Positions 20,042 through 31,650 of a stretch of 64,000 nucleotides of DNA are shown here, one piece after another (position 1 is the first letter of the stretch; each line of letters starts with the position of its first letter). Source of the stretch: an uncultured delta proteobacterium (GTDB lineage: Bacteria > Desulfobacterota > Binatia > UBA9968); assembly GCA_963847445.1 (NCBI GenBank), contig CAWJZV010000048.1, positions 64,001 through 128,000 of the forward strand, in the 5' to 3' direction. The notes under the pieces are model-generated. The model was given only the letters and a program-made list of their open reading frames with translations. It was not told the origin of the DNA and made no database searches. A program made the translations under genes and the position numbers.

Positions 20042-21793
20042 TTAATCTGCCGCCGCTCTCCGCCGCTCCTCCACCGCGTCTTTGATCGCTTGGTAAATAT
20101 TCTCCACCGCCGTTTCTTTGGTAACGCAGGTGACGGCGCCGGCGGCTTTCATCGCTTGGGTTACCTCTTCACCGATATCGAAGGACAGCCCGACGACGAT
20201 CGTCGACGGCAGCTCCTGGGTAATCAATTTGGTCGCGACGATGCCGTTCATGCGCGGCATGTTGATATCCATGACGACCACGTCGGGTTTAAGCTGGCGC
20301 GCCAACTCGACGCCTGCCCTGCCGTCTTTGGCTTCGCCGACCACCGTCAGGTCGGCGAACTCCTCGAGTATTTGCCGTAAGCCCCAGCGCACCACATCGT
20401 GATCGTCCACCAGCACCACGCTTAACCGTTTTCCCGTCGTCAGGGCCGCCCTCGCTGGTGCGAGAGCGTCGGTACCCGTCGGCGCTACTTCGGTTGGCGG
20501 CGCCGGCAAGGTAAATCGCACCCTCGCTCCCTGCCCCGGCTGCGAGGCGATTTCAAACTTGCCGCCAACCCGCTTGACGCGCTCGCGGATGATGAAAAGT
20601 CCAAAATTGTCGCCACCCTTATCATCGGCGCGCACGCTGTCAGGATCGAATCCCCGGCCATCGTCGGCGACTTCGACGGTCAACTCGCCGTCCGCGAGCG
20701 CATAGGAAATAGTCGCTTGGTTTGCCTGGGCATGCTTGACGACGTTCCACAAAAGCTCCCGCGCGCATTGAAAGGCTAGATCGGCACGGTCCGCGTCCAA
20801 GAGAAATCCTTCAGCCTCACCGCGCAGCTCGACCTTGAGTCCATGCCGTTCCTGCTGTTGGGCGCCGAGCCATGCGAGCGCCTGCGGCAGCCCTTGATGA
20901 TCGAGCACGCGCGGATGGAGCTGGGTCATCAGCGAGCGCGTATAGGCGATCGATTCGTCCAGCGCCCGCTGCGCTTCGGCCAGCCGTTCCTTCAAGGCGC
21001 CATCCAGCGCAAGCTTTTCGGCCCGGCCGATATTCAACCGGCTGAGCGTCAGCATCTGTGCCAGATGATCGTGCAGCTCCACCGCCAAGCGGCGCCGCTC
21101 GCGCTCTTCGGCCCGCGACAATTCGGCGACCAAGGCGCGCAAGCGCGCTTGCGACTCCGCCAGTTCCCGTGTCCGTTCGACGACTCGGCGATCCAAGTCT
21201 TCGGTCAGTTTGCGCAAGGCATTGTCGGCTTTTGTCCGCGCGCTGATGTCGGTGATGGCGATCTGACAATGAATCAGCCCCCCCTCGCTGTCACGGATCG
21301 CGACCGCCGAAAGCAAAGCATGCACCAGCGGCCGCTCGGCGGGCGCCAACCGGAGGGCAACTTCTTCCCGCCCCGCATTTTCAAACAGACGCCGGAAGAA
21401 ACTTTGGAATTCATCGCGGTCGGCGCCGGTCACCGAGCTGGCAAAACGGCGACCTTTGAGGTAGCGCCGCTCCGTGCCGAGCAACTCCGCGCCGGCCAGA
21501 TTGATCTCCTGGATCGTCCCAAGCCGGTCGAGGGTCGCGTAACCGACCGGCGCCAATTCATAGAGATCGAAGTATTTGTTTTTCGCCGCCGCCAGTTCGG
21601 ACTGGCTGCGTTGCAGTTCCTCGTTCTGCATCTCCAGTTCGATCTGATGCACTTGAAGTTCATGAACCAGTTCGGAAACCCCGGCGTCCAGGAGCGAGCC
21701 CGGTTCTTGGGCGAGCCGGGTGATTTGTCGCACGGCCTTTTCGCGCAGATCGCTGCGGGCTTTTTTCTTGATGTCGTCCGCGGCCATTTTCAC
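20042..21793 (-). CDS. PAS / HisKA_3 histidine kinase / receiver hybrid
   Basis: ELHD H-box, NVVKHA, DDGRGF, C-terminal REC domain (VDDH, MDINMP). Confidence 0.9.
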   Translation of the reverse strand: MKMAADDIKKKARSDLREKAVRQITRLAQEPGSLLDAGVSELVHELQVHQIELEMQNEELQRSQSELAAAKNKYFDLYELAPVGYATLDRLGTIQEINLAGAELLGTERRYLKGRRFASSVTGADRDEFQSFFRRLFENAGREEVALRLAPAERPLVHALLSAVAIRDSEGGLIHCQIAITDISARTKADNALRKLTEDLDRRVVERTRELAESQARLRALVAELSRAEERERRRLAVELHDHLAQMLTLSRLNIGRAEKLALDGALKERLAEAQRALDESIAYTRSLMTQLHPRVLDHQGLPQALAWLGAQQQERHGLKVELRGEAEGFLLDADRADLAFQCARELLWNVVKHAQANQATISYALADGELTVEVADDGRGFDPDSVRADDKGGDNFGLFIIRERVKRVGGKFEIASQPGQGARVRFTLPAPPTEVAPTGTDALAPARAALTTGKRLSVVLVDDHDVVRWGLRQILEEFADLTVVGEAKDGRAGVELARQLKPDVVVMDINMPRMNGIVATKLITQELPSTIVVGLSFDIGEEVTQAMKAAGAVTCVTKETAVENIYQAIKDAVEERRRAAAD

Positions 21794-21796
21794 ACC

Positions 21797-24754
21797 TCAA
21801 TTGTTTGAAATGGCTTCGTTGATCGCCAAAAGGATCGTCTCGGTGCCAACGCCGGCGCGAAAAATGCGCCGCGCGTTGACGATCATTTTTTTTCGGCCAA
21901 TTTTTGGAAAGTCATGCTCGACGACGAAATCGTCGACCTGGCTATTTTGCGGCAAGATCTTTTCCAACAACTCGCGCAGTGCGGGAATGTCCCACTGGCG
22001 GTTGCCCAGCTCAAAAAAGGATTGTGTGATGGTCGTGCCGATCTCGGCCTTAAACAGCCGGTAAAAAGCGCCGTTGGCGGCGATCACCCTGAGCTCGCCA
22101 TCGAGCGCCACCAGCGGCTCGCGCACCGTGTCGACGATGCCCTCGGCGAGATTTTTCGCCGCCGCCGCGGATTCGGCGAGCTTCAGATCGGTCATGTCGG
22201 TCAACGTCATGACCACGCCGTCGATCTCGTTATCCTGGGTCCGGTAGGGAATCGTCCGGCACAGATACCAGCGCCCATCCGTGCTTCTCACCTGTCTTTC
22301 CTTGGCCACCAAGGAGTCCAAGACCTGCGCCGCGTCGGCGGATAAATTATCCTCCTCCAGCTTGCTGGCGATGTGATGGAACGGCCGGCCGACGTCGCTT
22401 GGGATCAGATTGATGACCCTGCTCGCCTCGGCGGTAAAGCGCTTGATCGAGAGCTGGCGGTCGAGAAACACCGTGGCGATTCTCGTGCTATCGAGAAAGT
22501 TCTGCATGTCGTTGTTGGCGCCGGCCAGCTCGGCGAATTTCTCATGCAGCTCGGCATTGACCGAGACCAGCTCTTCGTTCAAAGACTGCATCTCCTCTTT
22601 TGAGGTCTCCAGTTCCTCGTTGGCGCTCTGCAGCTCCTCGTTAGTCGACTGCAACTCTTCATTCGACGATTTCAGCTCTTCGTTGGAGATTTGCAACTCC
22701 TCGATGCTGGCCTGCAAGTCTTGCCGGCCATAGTTCAACTCCTGCTCGAGCTGGGCGATGCGTTGGCTTGCCGTGGCGCTAATCACGTTCCGGCCCTTGC
22801 CAACTTTCACTGGCTTGGCAGCGATATCCTCGAAGGTCACCATCAGCAGCTCGCCCTTCTCGCCGACCTCGGGCACGGGCGCGACGGTCAAGGCGATCTC
22901 TTGGTTGCCGCCATTGACCTTGAGCCGGACCGCGCCGCCGCCAATCCGCTTGGCTTGCGCTCGCGCCTTGCGGATCGCGACCGCCAATGGATGGCGGATT
23001 TCCTGCCACGCCATTTCGAGGATGTTGAGATGGGCGTGTCCTGGGGCGATTTCAAGATATTTCCCGGTTTTGCCGTGGGCAAAGAAAATCTCATTGTTGG
23101 CATCGATAAACACACAGGGCGGCGCGGCGTTGGCGACCCGCGCCAAGAGCTTTTGCGTGACTTCAGAGAGCGGGTTTTTTCGCGCCGGCGGGTTGGCGGT
23201 TACAGACATGAGACTACCCCGTTTCAGTTGCGGCCGCGCCGAGGGAAACTCTACCGGCGCGGCGGCCACCGCGCTCGGCCGGCGTTTGAAGAGCTTCGAT
23301 TTTTTGTCGACGGGCGAGAACAGATCGGCGTGCCGGTCGATACTCTCGGACGAGCCCAGGAATAAAATCCCGCCGGGTTTGATGGCGTAATGGAACAGCG
23401 GCAAAAGTCTTCTTTGCGGCTCGGCATCGAGATAGATCAGCAGATTGCGGCAGCTCAGCAGATCGAGTTTGGTAAACGGCGGATCTTTGAGCACGTCATG
23501 CAGCGCGAATATCGCCACCTGCCGGATATCTTTGTTAATCCGAAAGCCATTGCCCTCGGCGGTGAAAAATCGTTTCAAGCGCTGCGGCGCTACGTCCGCG
23601 GCGATGCTGGCAGGGTATAACCCGGCGCGTGCCACCGCCAGCGCATCGGCGTCGATATCGCTGGCGAAAATTTGCAGGTTAAAATTCTTTTTGAGCTTAT
23701 CCATGCACTCGCGCAGGACGATGGCGAGCGAATAGACCTCTTCGCCGCTCGAACAGCCGGCCACCCAAACCCGCACGGGCTCGCCTCTAGCTCGGTCGGC
23801 GAGCAGACGCGGCAGGACATCGCGGCGCAATACCTCGAAGGCTTCACGGTCGCGGAAAAAACTCGTCACACCGATCAACAGCTCCTTGAACAGCACGTCA
23901 CATTCCTGCGGCCGGCGCGCCAAATAACTGGCATAATGCGCCATCTTGTCGAGCTGGTGCAGGCTCATGCGCCGCTCGATGCGCCGCTCGATGGTATTTT
24001 TTTTGTACAAGGAAAAATCATGACCGGTGCGCGCGTGCAGCAGTTGGCAGATTTTCCCCAGCGGCTCGGCAGCTTGTTCAACAATCGCCGGCGGCCGGGA
24101 AACTCCGTGGGTCAGATAATCGACCAGTTGCCGGGCCATTTTCTCGGGTGCGAGAATGTAGTTCACCAATCCGGTTTCGACGGCGCTGCGCGGCATGCCG
24201 TCATACTCCGCCGTTGCCGGTTCCTGGGCCATCGCCATGCCCGAGCGCGCTTTGATCGCTTCGAGCCCCAGGGTGCCGTCCATGCCGTTGCCCGAGAGAA
24301 TAATCCCGACAGCGCGCGCGCCGCGATCCGCCGCCAGCGAGGTAAAGAAAGCATCGATCGGCAGCCGCAAGCGCCTCGGCTCTTTGAGCATCTGCAGCCG
24401 CAGCATGCCATGGGCGATCGTCATTGCGTTATTGGGCGGAATCACATGGACCCGGTTGGCCTCGACCTTCATGCCGTCTTCGGCCTGGACGATCGCCATC
24501 TCGGTGTATTTCTTGAGCAGCTCGGGCAGCATGCTCACATGGTTCGGGTCGAGATGAGGAATCAACACGAAGCCCGCGCCGCTGTCGGCCGGCATGTTGG
24601 CGAACAACCCCGCGAAGGCTTTGAGCCCGCCGGCCGATGCGCCGATGGCGACGATTGGGAATGGCTCGCTATTATTTTTAGAAGAAGCGCTTCGCCGCTT
24701 CGGCTTAGCGCGCTGGCGTGATGCTCGCGGCTTGGTAAATTTTTTTACCGCCAT
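21797..24754 (-). CDS. CheB-CheR-PAS fusion protein
   Basis: GASAGG, GVTSFFRD, WVAGCSSGEE, SCRNLLIY, ELQSTNEEL coiled coil, PAS domains. Confidence 0.95.
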   Translation of the reverse strand: MAVKKFTKPRASRQRAKPKRRSASSKNNSEPFPIVAIGASAGGLKAFAGLFANMPADSGAGFVLIPHLDPNHVSMLPELLKKYTEMAIVQAEDGMKVEANRVHVIPPNNAMTIAHGMLRLQMLKEPRRLRLPIDAFFTSLAADRGARAVGIILSGNGMDGTLGLEAIKARSGMAMAQEPATAEYDGMPRSAVETGLVNYILAPEKMARQLVDYLTHGVSRPPAIVEQAAEPLGKICQLLHARTGHDFSLYKKNTIERRIERRMSLHQLDKMAHYASYLARRPQECDVLFKELLIGVTSFFRDREAFEVLRRDVLPRLLADRARGEPVRVWVAGCSSGEEVYSLAIVLRECMDKLKKNFNLQIFASDIDADALAVARAGLYPASIAADVAPQRLKRFFTAEGNGFRINKDIRQVAIFALHDVLKDPPFTKLDLLSCRNLLIYLDAEPQRRLLPLFHYAIKPGGILFLGSSESIDRHADLFSPVDKKSKLFKRRPSAVAAAPVEFPSARPQLKRGSLMSVTANPPARKNPLSEVTQKLLARVANAAPPCVFIDANNEIFFAHGKTGKYLEIAPGHAHLNILEMAWQEIRHPLAVAIRKARAQAKRIGGGAVRLKVNGGNQEIALTVAPVPEVGEKGELLMVTFEDIAAKPVKVGKGRNVISATASQRIAQLEQELNYGRQDLQASIEELQISNEELKSSNEELQSTNEELQSANEELETSKEEMQSLNEELVSVNAELHEKFAELAGANNDMQNFLDSTRIATVFLDRQLSIKRFTAEASRVINLIPSDVGRPFHHIASKLEEDNLSADAAQVLDSLVAKERQVRSTDGRWYLCRTIPYRTQDNEIDGVVMTLTDMTDLKLAESAAAAKNLAEGIVDTVREPLVALDGELRVIAANGAFYRLFKAEIGTTITQSFFELGNRQWDIPALRELLEKILPQNSQVDDFVVEHDFPKIGRKKMIVNARRIFRAGVGTETILLAINEAISNN

Positions 24755-25246
24755 TCAAACCACCTTCAACCACCACCCACGGCCAGAATTAAATGCCGGT
24801 GAGCCAAGGCCGCGCTGTACTACAGAGGTTTTTCTCGGGGCAATTACTCTCAATCCGTTATCACGAAATTGTCAGGAAAGCATATGGCGCCTGAGCGCGT
24901 TGAATCGCGCTGGTTACTATCGTCAATCTGCAATTCTCCATGCACGGCTCGATGCGCCGAAATTCGCACCATAGGAGCAACACCGGCTTCATGTGCCGTC
25001 ACTCCGCGACGCTCCTCCATCGCGCAAACGGGAAATTACTTCCGCTTAGGCCCAACCCACGCCAAGTTCGGCCTGGGTGTCATTTCGACCGTAGGGAGAA
25101 ATCTCGCCTAGGTCCCGCGCATTCGCTGACGGCATCGGCCGGTCAGGTTTGCCGCCTTGGGGTTTTTGCGGGAGAAATTCTCAGCCATTTTTTTGCGCCA
25201 TTTGCGGCTCTGCCGCGTTAGAGCCTCCGGGGTTGATTGCCCCCTC

Positions 25247-26177
25247 CTAAAGATGCGGCATGATTTGCTTGGCGCAGATTTCCAAATGCTCGGTCTCGTC
25301 GAACATCGGATTGAAGACGATCTGTTGCGCGCCGGCTTTGACGATCTCCTTGGATTTGCTCGGTGCACTTGGCGGCGCTGCCCCAGATGGAAACCTTTGG
25401 ACCGAGATCGGCATTCTTGTAGCGCCGCGCAAACCATTCTCGAATACGCCGCTCGCCGCGCGCTTCGTCGTTGTCCACCGCCATGTAAACGCGCTTGGCG
25501 AAATGAAACGTCGCCGGATCTCGCTTGGCTTCGGCGAGCATGTCGCGAATCCGCGCCGACTCGCGCACGAACGATGCCGCAGACGACGAACCCGCGCCCA
25601 TCCAGCCATTGGCATACTTAACCGCGCGGCGCAGCGCGTTCTCATGATGACCGCCGAAGATGATCGGCAGATGCGGTTTTTGCACCGGCTTGGGCTCCAT
25701 GGAAATATCATCGAAATTCCAATAGCGCCCATGAAAGCTCGCCTTGGGCTCGGTCCACAGGAGCTGCATGATCTGCACCGCTTCGCTGAAGCGCGTCACC
25801 CGCCCTTCGCGGGTGTAGCCGAAGACGTCTTCGTGCGAACCCAAGTGTCCGCCGCCCAGACCGACACCCATCACCGCGCGCCCGCCGCTCATGACGTCCA
25901 AAGTCGAATAAGCTTTGGCCAGCTGCACCGGATTGCGCAGCGGCAAGAGAATCACCGAAGTGCCTAACTTCAACTTACTCGTGATCGCCGCGACGTAGCT
26001 AAGCAGCGTCACCGGTTCGAGCATGGTGAAATCGCCGATCACCCGCTCCTGCAGCCACAAACTGTCGAACCCCAGGGCCTCCGCCCGCGTCGCGAACTTG
26101 CGGATATGCTCCATGTCGGCAGGTCCGTCGAAAAATACTTGCGGCAGTTCGATGCCGCAGGGAGTGTGATTTGCCAT
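25247..26177 (-). CDS. LLM-class (luciferase-like) flavin-dependent oxidoreductase (3' frameshift)
   Basis: AEALGFDSLW, LGTSVILLPLRNP, TLDVMSGGR, PKPVQKPH. Confidence 0.9.
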
Positions 26178-26212
26178 GAAGTACGGTCTCCTTGATTAAT
26201 AAACATCCGTTT

Positions 26213-26533
26213 CACCACGAAGGCACGAAGGACACGAAGGTTTCGGAGAATTGAAACTCCGAACTTCGTGCTCTTCGTGTCCTCCTTCGAAAATACAGGT
26301 GAGGGGATGATATGCACAGCGAAGAGCCTCCGGGGCTCCGTCATGCCGGCGCAGGCCGGCATCCAGACCCATCATCCACCTGGATACCGTTTTTCAACGG
26401 TATGACGGACTCTGTCCGTCACCTGGATTCCCGCGTGCGCGGGAATGACGAATCGAGCAGGGAGCATGTTCTGGGAATGCCAACCATTTTCATGCTCTGT
26501 AGGCGAGCGCAAGCTCATGGACACTTCGTGGTG
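26213..26533 (-). mobile_element. Composite non-autonomous repeat element, copy A
   Basis: Reverse-complement match to 40139-40457; related to 55963-56250. Confidence 0.85.
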
Positions 26534-26587
26534 AGTCTTCCCCTTCGCGTTTTTCTCCCTTTGCGTCTCTTTGCGGCCAATTCATTC

Positions 26588-27740
26588 TTAACTCACGCCA
26601 TACAGCCGTGCGCAGTTGTCCCAGAGAATTTTTTTTCGCGATGAACTCGGCAGCTCCATCGCCATGAAATGATTGACGGCGTCGGGCCAGTGCGAGTCGG
26701 CGTGGGGATAATCGGTTGAGATCACCACGTTATCGTCGCCGATGCGCTTGACCACGTCGCCGACCAGATTCTCTTCGACATCGACTGAGATGAAACATTG
26801 GCGCAGGAAATAGTCGCTCGGCTTCATGCTCAGCGATTCGTTACAATACTCTTTGCGCATCTCCCAGCGCTCGTCCAAACGGTACAGCGCCCAGGGCAGC
26901 CAGCCGCAGTTGCCTTCGAGAAACGCGACACGGAGCTTGGGAAATCTTTCGAGCACGCCGCCGGCGCAAAAACTGCCGACGGCGAACATGAGCTCGATGG
27001 GATTGCGGAAGGCGTTGATCAGCACCGCCTCGTTGGCCTGGCCGCGAAAGCGGTGCACCGCTTGATCCTGATTGGGGCTCGCCGCCGGATGGAAACAGAC
27101 CGGCACGCCGAGTTTTTCCGCTTCGCGCCACACCGGGTCGTAGTAACGGTCGTGGATATGTTTGCCGTTGCTCGGCTCGGGCACGAGGCATAGACCGATG
27201 GCGCCCAGCTGGTTGATCGCGCGCCGGGTCTCGTCCACCGCCAGATCGACATCGTGCAGCGTGATCAGCGCCGATGGCCGCAGCCGCTGAGGATCGGCTT
27301 GGCAAAAATCCGCCATCCAGTCGTTCCACGCGCGGCACAGCGCATTGGCGTACTCCGGCTCCAAACTATCGTCGCAGTGCAGCGGAAAAGTCCGGAACAA
27401 CACCGCGACATCCAACCCCTCGTCGTCCATCGCCGCCAACTGTGACACGGCGTCATAATCGCGCGCCAATGGCTTGGCATAGCGATGCGCGACCTGCGCT
27501 TCGCCCGGCGCGCTTTCGCCGCTGTTGGACTTGGGCGCGGTCGCGGCTAGCGCTTGGGTTCCCGACGGACGCAGCGGCCGGCCGTCGGAGTAGGTAAATT
27601 TTATTTGCCCATGCTTGGTGCGCGGCTTGCCGCGCGGGATGCGCTCGCCCCATTTGGCGATCCATGTACTTCTCGTAGAGATCGTAGGGTTCGAACACAT
27701 GCATATCGCTGTCGAGGATCTTGTAACCGTCGCGCGCCAT
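26588..27740 (-). CDS. Amidohydrolase_2 family protein (frameshift near 27660)
   Basis: DSDMH, FHP, FLEGNCGWLP, STDYPHAD, NCARLY. Confidence 0.9.
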
Positions 27741-27799
27741 GGCGTTACCTCCGTAATGCTAATCGCCGAATATTGTCTTCATCCGGGCACCACATCGGC

Positions 27800-27941
27800 G
27801 GGCGTTTCGATGACCTTCTTGGATCGTCTTGGCTTGATAGAACGGCGCTTGCACCGATGCGGCGCCGGCATTCACCATCGTCGCCAAGATCAGCAAAAAA
27901 TATTGGCGCCGTCTCGCAAGGGGTGGAAAACAGCGAGTCAT
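27800..27941 (-). pseudogene. Remnant N-terminus of a TctC/Bug-like substrate-binding protein
   Basis: Signal peptide followed by APFYQAKTI, after which similarity ends. Confidence 0.4.
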
Positions 27942-28118
27942 AACTTCGGCTCATGACTAGTCTCAGCCCGGCGCCATGTCAACTGAAAAAGTCCCGGCTG
28001 AAAAAGTCCCGGCGCGCCACGCGCAACCGACGCCGAAGTTCATCTTGACAACACCGCGGGGAGCTGTAAAAGATTCCGCAGCGCATTAACGTCACGGAAT
28101 AAATTTCGGGAGGTTTCC

Positions 28119-29651
28119 ATGCTCTCAGCGAACTCAAAACTGGCATTGATGTTTTTTTTGGCAACTGCCGCAATTCTGGGCAATTCGAGTTTCGCCGACT
28201 CCCAGACGCCGCATCACCGTCGGCGTCACCGAAACCATCGAAACCCACAACCCTTACGGCGACAGCGTGTCGTTGCTGTACGGCATCTGGAGCGAGATCA
28301 CCGGCCCGTTTTGCACCTACAACTACGCCAAAGGCGACTTTGAAGGGCGGCTCGCCGAGAAGTGGAAAGTGGAAAATCCCACCACCTGGATTTTCTCGTT
28401 GAACAAGAACTACAAATTCAACGACGGCTCGCCGGTGACCGCCGACGACGTGGTCCATTCGATCGTCAATCGGGTGATCAAGGACCCGCAGTCCAAGCAG
28501 AAAGCCTCCGTCGCGCCGTCGGTCGTCAACGCCGAGGCCATCGACAAGTTCACCGTCAAGATCACCACCGACAAACCGACGGCGCCGTTGTTATCGTTTT
28601 TCTGCGACCGGTTGATCATCACCAGCAAAGCGATGTTCGACAAATACGGCCGCGATGTCGCCGACAAAGAGCACATGATCGGCGCCGGTCCCTATCGCTT
28701 GAAAGAGTTGATTCCCGGGCAACGTCTGGTCATCGCCAAAAACCCCAATCATCCGGAGGCCAAAAGAAATCCCCGCGCCCCGGACGAAGTGGTCTATCGG
28801 ATCATGCGCGAACCGGAGCAACGCGTCACGGCTTTGTTGAACGACGAGATTCAGATCGGCCAGTTCGTGCCGCCGCATATGCGCCAGCGGGTCGAGACCA
28901 ATAAGAGTCTGCGCATCACGCCGGTGGATTCCGTCGAGATCATGTTCCTGGCGATGCAACCCAAACCGCCCTTCGACAAGAAGGAAGTCCGCCAGGCGGT
29001 GTGCCAGGCCATCAATCGCGACCAGATCATCGCGACGTTACTTGGAGAGTTTCGCCAGCCGCCTCGACGGTCCGCTCGGGCCGGGACAGTACGGCTACGA
29101 TCCGACTTTGAAGCCAAAACTCAACTACGATCCGGAGAAAGCCAAGAAACTCTTGGCGCAGGCCGGATTTCCCAACGGCGTCGATGCCGAACTGCAAACC
29201 CCGGTGGGACGCTACACTCTGGACAAGCAACTCACCGAAGCGATGATCCCGATGCTCAACGCCGTCGGCATTCGCGCCAAGCTGGCGACACCCGAGTGGG
29301 CGACGCTCTGGGCCAACGTGCAAAAAGGCACGGTGCCTTTCTATTATATGGGCCGCGGCTCGGTCCAGGATCCCGAGCGCCGCGCTGCATCAATATTTCC
29401 ACACCGGCGAGACGCCGCGCATCGGCTATTCCAATCCCAAGGTCGACGAACTTCTCGACAAGGAGCAACAGGAGTTCGATCCGAAAAAACGCCGGCAGTA
29501 TTTGTCGCAAGCGATGAGCCTGATCACCGAAGACGCGCCGGCCTGCTTCATGTGGCGGCATAAGTTGCTGTGGGGCTTGCACAACCGCGTCGATTACAAA
29601 CCGCTGCCGGACTCGCGCGTCTATGCCATCGATATGGCGGTAAAAAAATAA
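28119..29651 (+). CDS. Peptide/nickel ABC substrate-binding protein (frameshifted)
   Basis: LAEKW, KFNDGSPVTADDV, GAGPY, VRQAVCQAINR, YDPEKAKKLLAQAG. Confidence 0.9.
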
Positions 29652-29703
29652 AACTAACGCCGAACCGTAACGCGGCGTAAGAATGGTCGCGGGGAGAGGA
29701 GCC

Positions 29704-30579
29704 ATGCAGAAGGAAAAATTTGTCGACGTTGACGGCATCCGCACCCGTTATTTCGAAGCCGGCAGCGGCCCCGATCTGGTGTTGTTTCACGGCGGCCACT
29801 TCGGCTCCCACGACGCCGCCGACTGCGCCGAGGATTGGAGCCTCAACTTCGACGAGCTGGCGCAATGGTTCCACGTCATCGCCGTCGACAAGATCGGCCA
29901 GGGCTTCACTGACAATCCCAAAAAAGACCAAGACTATACGATGGCTGCTGTCGTGCAGCACGCTTATAATTTTTTGCAAGTCCTCGGAGTGCGCAATGCC
30001 CACCCGGTGGGTCATTCGCGCGGCGCCTATCTGGTTGGGCGCTTGGTGATCGAGCATCCCGAGCTGTTCGCCACTTGCATTCTCGTCGACACCAACACGC
30101 TGGCTCCGGGTATCAGTAAAAATGAAACCGTGATGGCCAATCCGCCCCAGCCGCGCTTGAGCCGGGAAAGCCAGCGCTGGATCTTGCAGAAATACTCCTA
30201 TGGCCATGAACATATTACTGAAGAATGGTTGGACGTGATGATGCGTGTGGCGGCAACCGCGAAATACCAAGAGGCGGTACGCAAAATGGAAGATGTCGGC
30301 CTGCGCACGACCCGCTTCCTGCCCCACTTGGCGCGGCAAAAAGACGAGACGCTGGGAATTATTCGCGACCGCGGCTTGGGCAAGCCCACGTTGCTCGCCT
30401 GGTCCTATCAAGATCCGACAGCGACCATCGACCAGGGCTACGCGCTCTTCGACTTAATTGCCCGCAGCACGCCGGACTCGCGCATGTATATCTACAACCG
30501 CGCCGGCCATTTTTCTTACCGCGAGCATCCCGCGGAGTTTAACGAGATGCTGCGCAGCTTCATCCAGCGTGTCGTTTAG
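29704..30579 (+). CDS. Alpha/beta hydrolase (C-C hydrolase-like)
   Basis: FHGG, DKIGQG, GHSRG nucleophile elbow, AGHF. Confidence 0.88.
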   Translation: MQKEKFVDVDGIRTRYFEAGSGPDLVLFHGGHFGSHDAADCAEDWSLNFDELAQWFHVIAVDKIGQGFTDNPKKDQDYTMAAVVQHAYNFLQVLGVRNAHPVGHSRGAYLVGRLVIEHPELFATCILVDTNTLAPGISKNETVMANPPQPRLSRESQRWILQKYSYGHEHITEEWLDVMMRVAATAKYQEAVRKMEDVGLRTTRFLPHLARQKDETLGIIRDRGLGKPTLLAWSYQDPTATIDQGYALFDLIARSTPDSRMYIYNRAGHFSYREHPAEFNEMLRSFIQRVV

Positions 30580-30648
30580 AGAGCACTCAGCATCGCCGAC
30601 CGTCCGAGGCGGACCTTGAACTTTTGAACCCTTGAACCTTGAACGAAC

Positions 30649-31650
30649 ATGATCAGCTATCTCCTGCGCCGCCTTGCCGGAACCATCCCGGTTCTCGTGC
30701 TGATCAGCCTGTTAGTATTCCTGTTGATCCACGCCGCGCCCGGCGATCCGACGCTCATGCTCCTCGGCGAAGAAACCAACGCCGCCGAAGTCGCCAAGGC
30801 TAAAGCGCGCTGGGGACTCGATCAACCGCTCTATGTGCAGTACTGGAAATTCTTGAAGTCGGTCGCCGCCGGCGATTTCGGCAAGTCGTTCAAGTATGCC
30901 GAGCCGGTCACCAGCGTGATTCGCAGCCGGCTGCCGGCGACCATCGAGCTGGCGTTTTGCGCCATCGTCATCGCCACGCTGCTGGCCATCCCGCTGGGCG
31001 TTTGGGCCGGCGCCAGGCCGAACTCGTGGATCGACAATCTCGGCACCACTTGCGGCCTGTTCGGCATCAGCATGCCGAGCTTTTGGCTGGCGATCATGTT
31101 GATCCTGCTACTCGCCGGCGTGTTGAATATTCTGCCAACCTCCGGCCGCAGCACCTACGGCATCGCCGGACCGGAACGGACCGGCTTTTATATTCTCGAC
31201 AGCGTCATGGCGAAAAACTGGCAAGCGGTTTGGGACGCGTTGACGCATTTATTTCTGCCGGCGCTCGCCCTCGGCGTTAACATGCTCGGCATCCTCATGC
31301 GCGTCACCCGCTCGTCGATATTGGAAGTGATGAACGAGGATTATGTGCGCACGGCGCGCGCCAAAGGGTTGCGCGAGAAAAAAGTCGTCTGGCGCCATGT
31401 CAGCAGCAACGCCTTGATCCCGGTCATCACCGTGGTCGGCTTGGAGCTCGGCACCTTGCTCAGCGGCTCGATCATCGTCGAAACCGTGTTCGCCTGGCCG
31501 GGCGGCGGCAGTTTATTGATCACCGCGCTCAACGCCCGCGACTATCCGCTGGTCACCGGTCTGGTGCTGACCTACACCACGGCGTTCGTCGCGATCAATT
31601 TAATTATCGATGGACTTTATGCAGTCGTTGACCCTCGAATCCGTTACTGA
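30649..31650 (+). CDS. ABC permease, DppB-like
   Basis: PGDP, RLPATIEL, DYVRTARAKG, ETVFAWPG, RDYP. Confidence 0.93.
   Translation: MISYLLRRLAGTIPVLVLISLLVFLLIHAAPGDPTLMLLGEETNAAEVAKAKARWGLDQPLYVQYWKFLKSVAAGDFGKSFKYAEPVTSVIRSRLPATIELAFCAIVIATLLAIPLGVWAGARPNSWIDNLGTTCGLFGISMPSFWLAIMLILLLAGVLNILPTSGRSTYGIAGPERTGFYILDSVMAKNWQAVWDALTHLFLPALALGVNMLGILMRVTRSSILEVMNEDYVRTARAKGLREKKVVWRHVSSNALIPVITVVGLELGTLLSGSIIVETVFAWPGGGSLLITALNARDYPLVTGLVLTYTTAFVAINLIIDGLYAVVDPRIRY

Noticed and set aside
20042-24754. CheB/CheR fusion plus hybrid kinase as a novel system
   Set aside because: This is a common, well-known architecture.
26039-26644. ORFs over composite repeats (also 40106-40405, 44750-45151 and 55944-56413)
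   Set aside because: They are translations of repeat DNA (for example LDSRVRGND and LRVLRAFVV) with no protein-family signal.
27982-28013. Tandem CTGAAAAAGTCCCGG duplication as an operator or IS end
   Set aside because: There are only two copies, no transposase or regulator nearby, and a local duplication error cannot be excluded.
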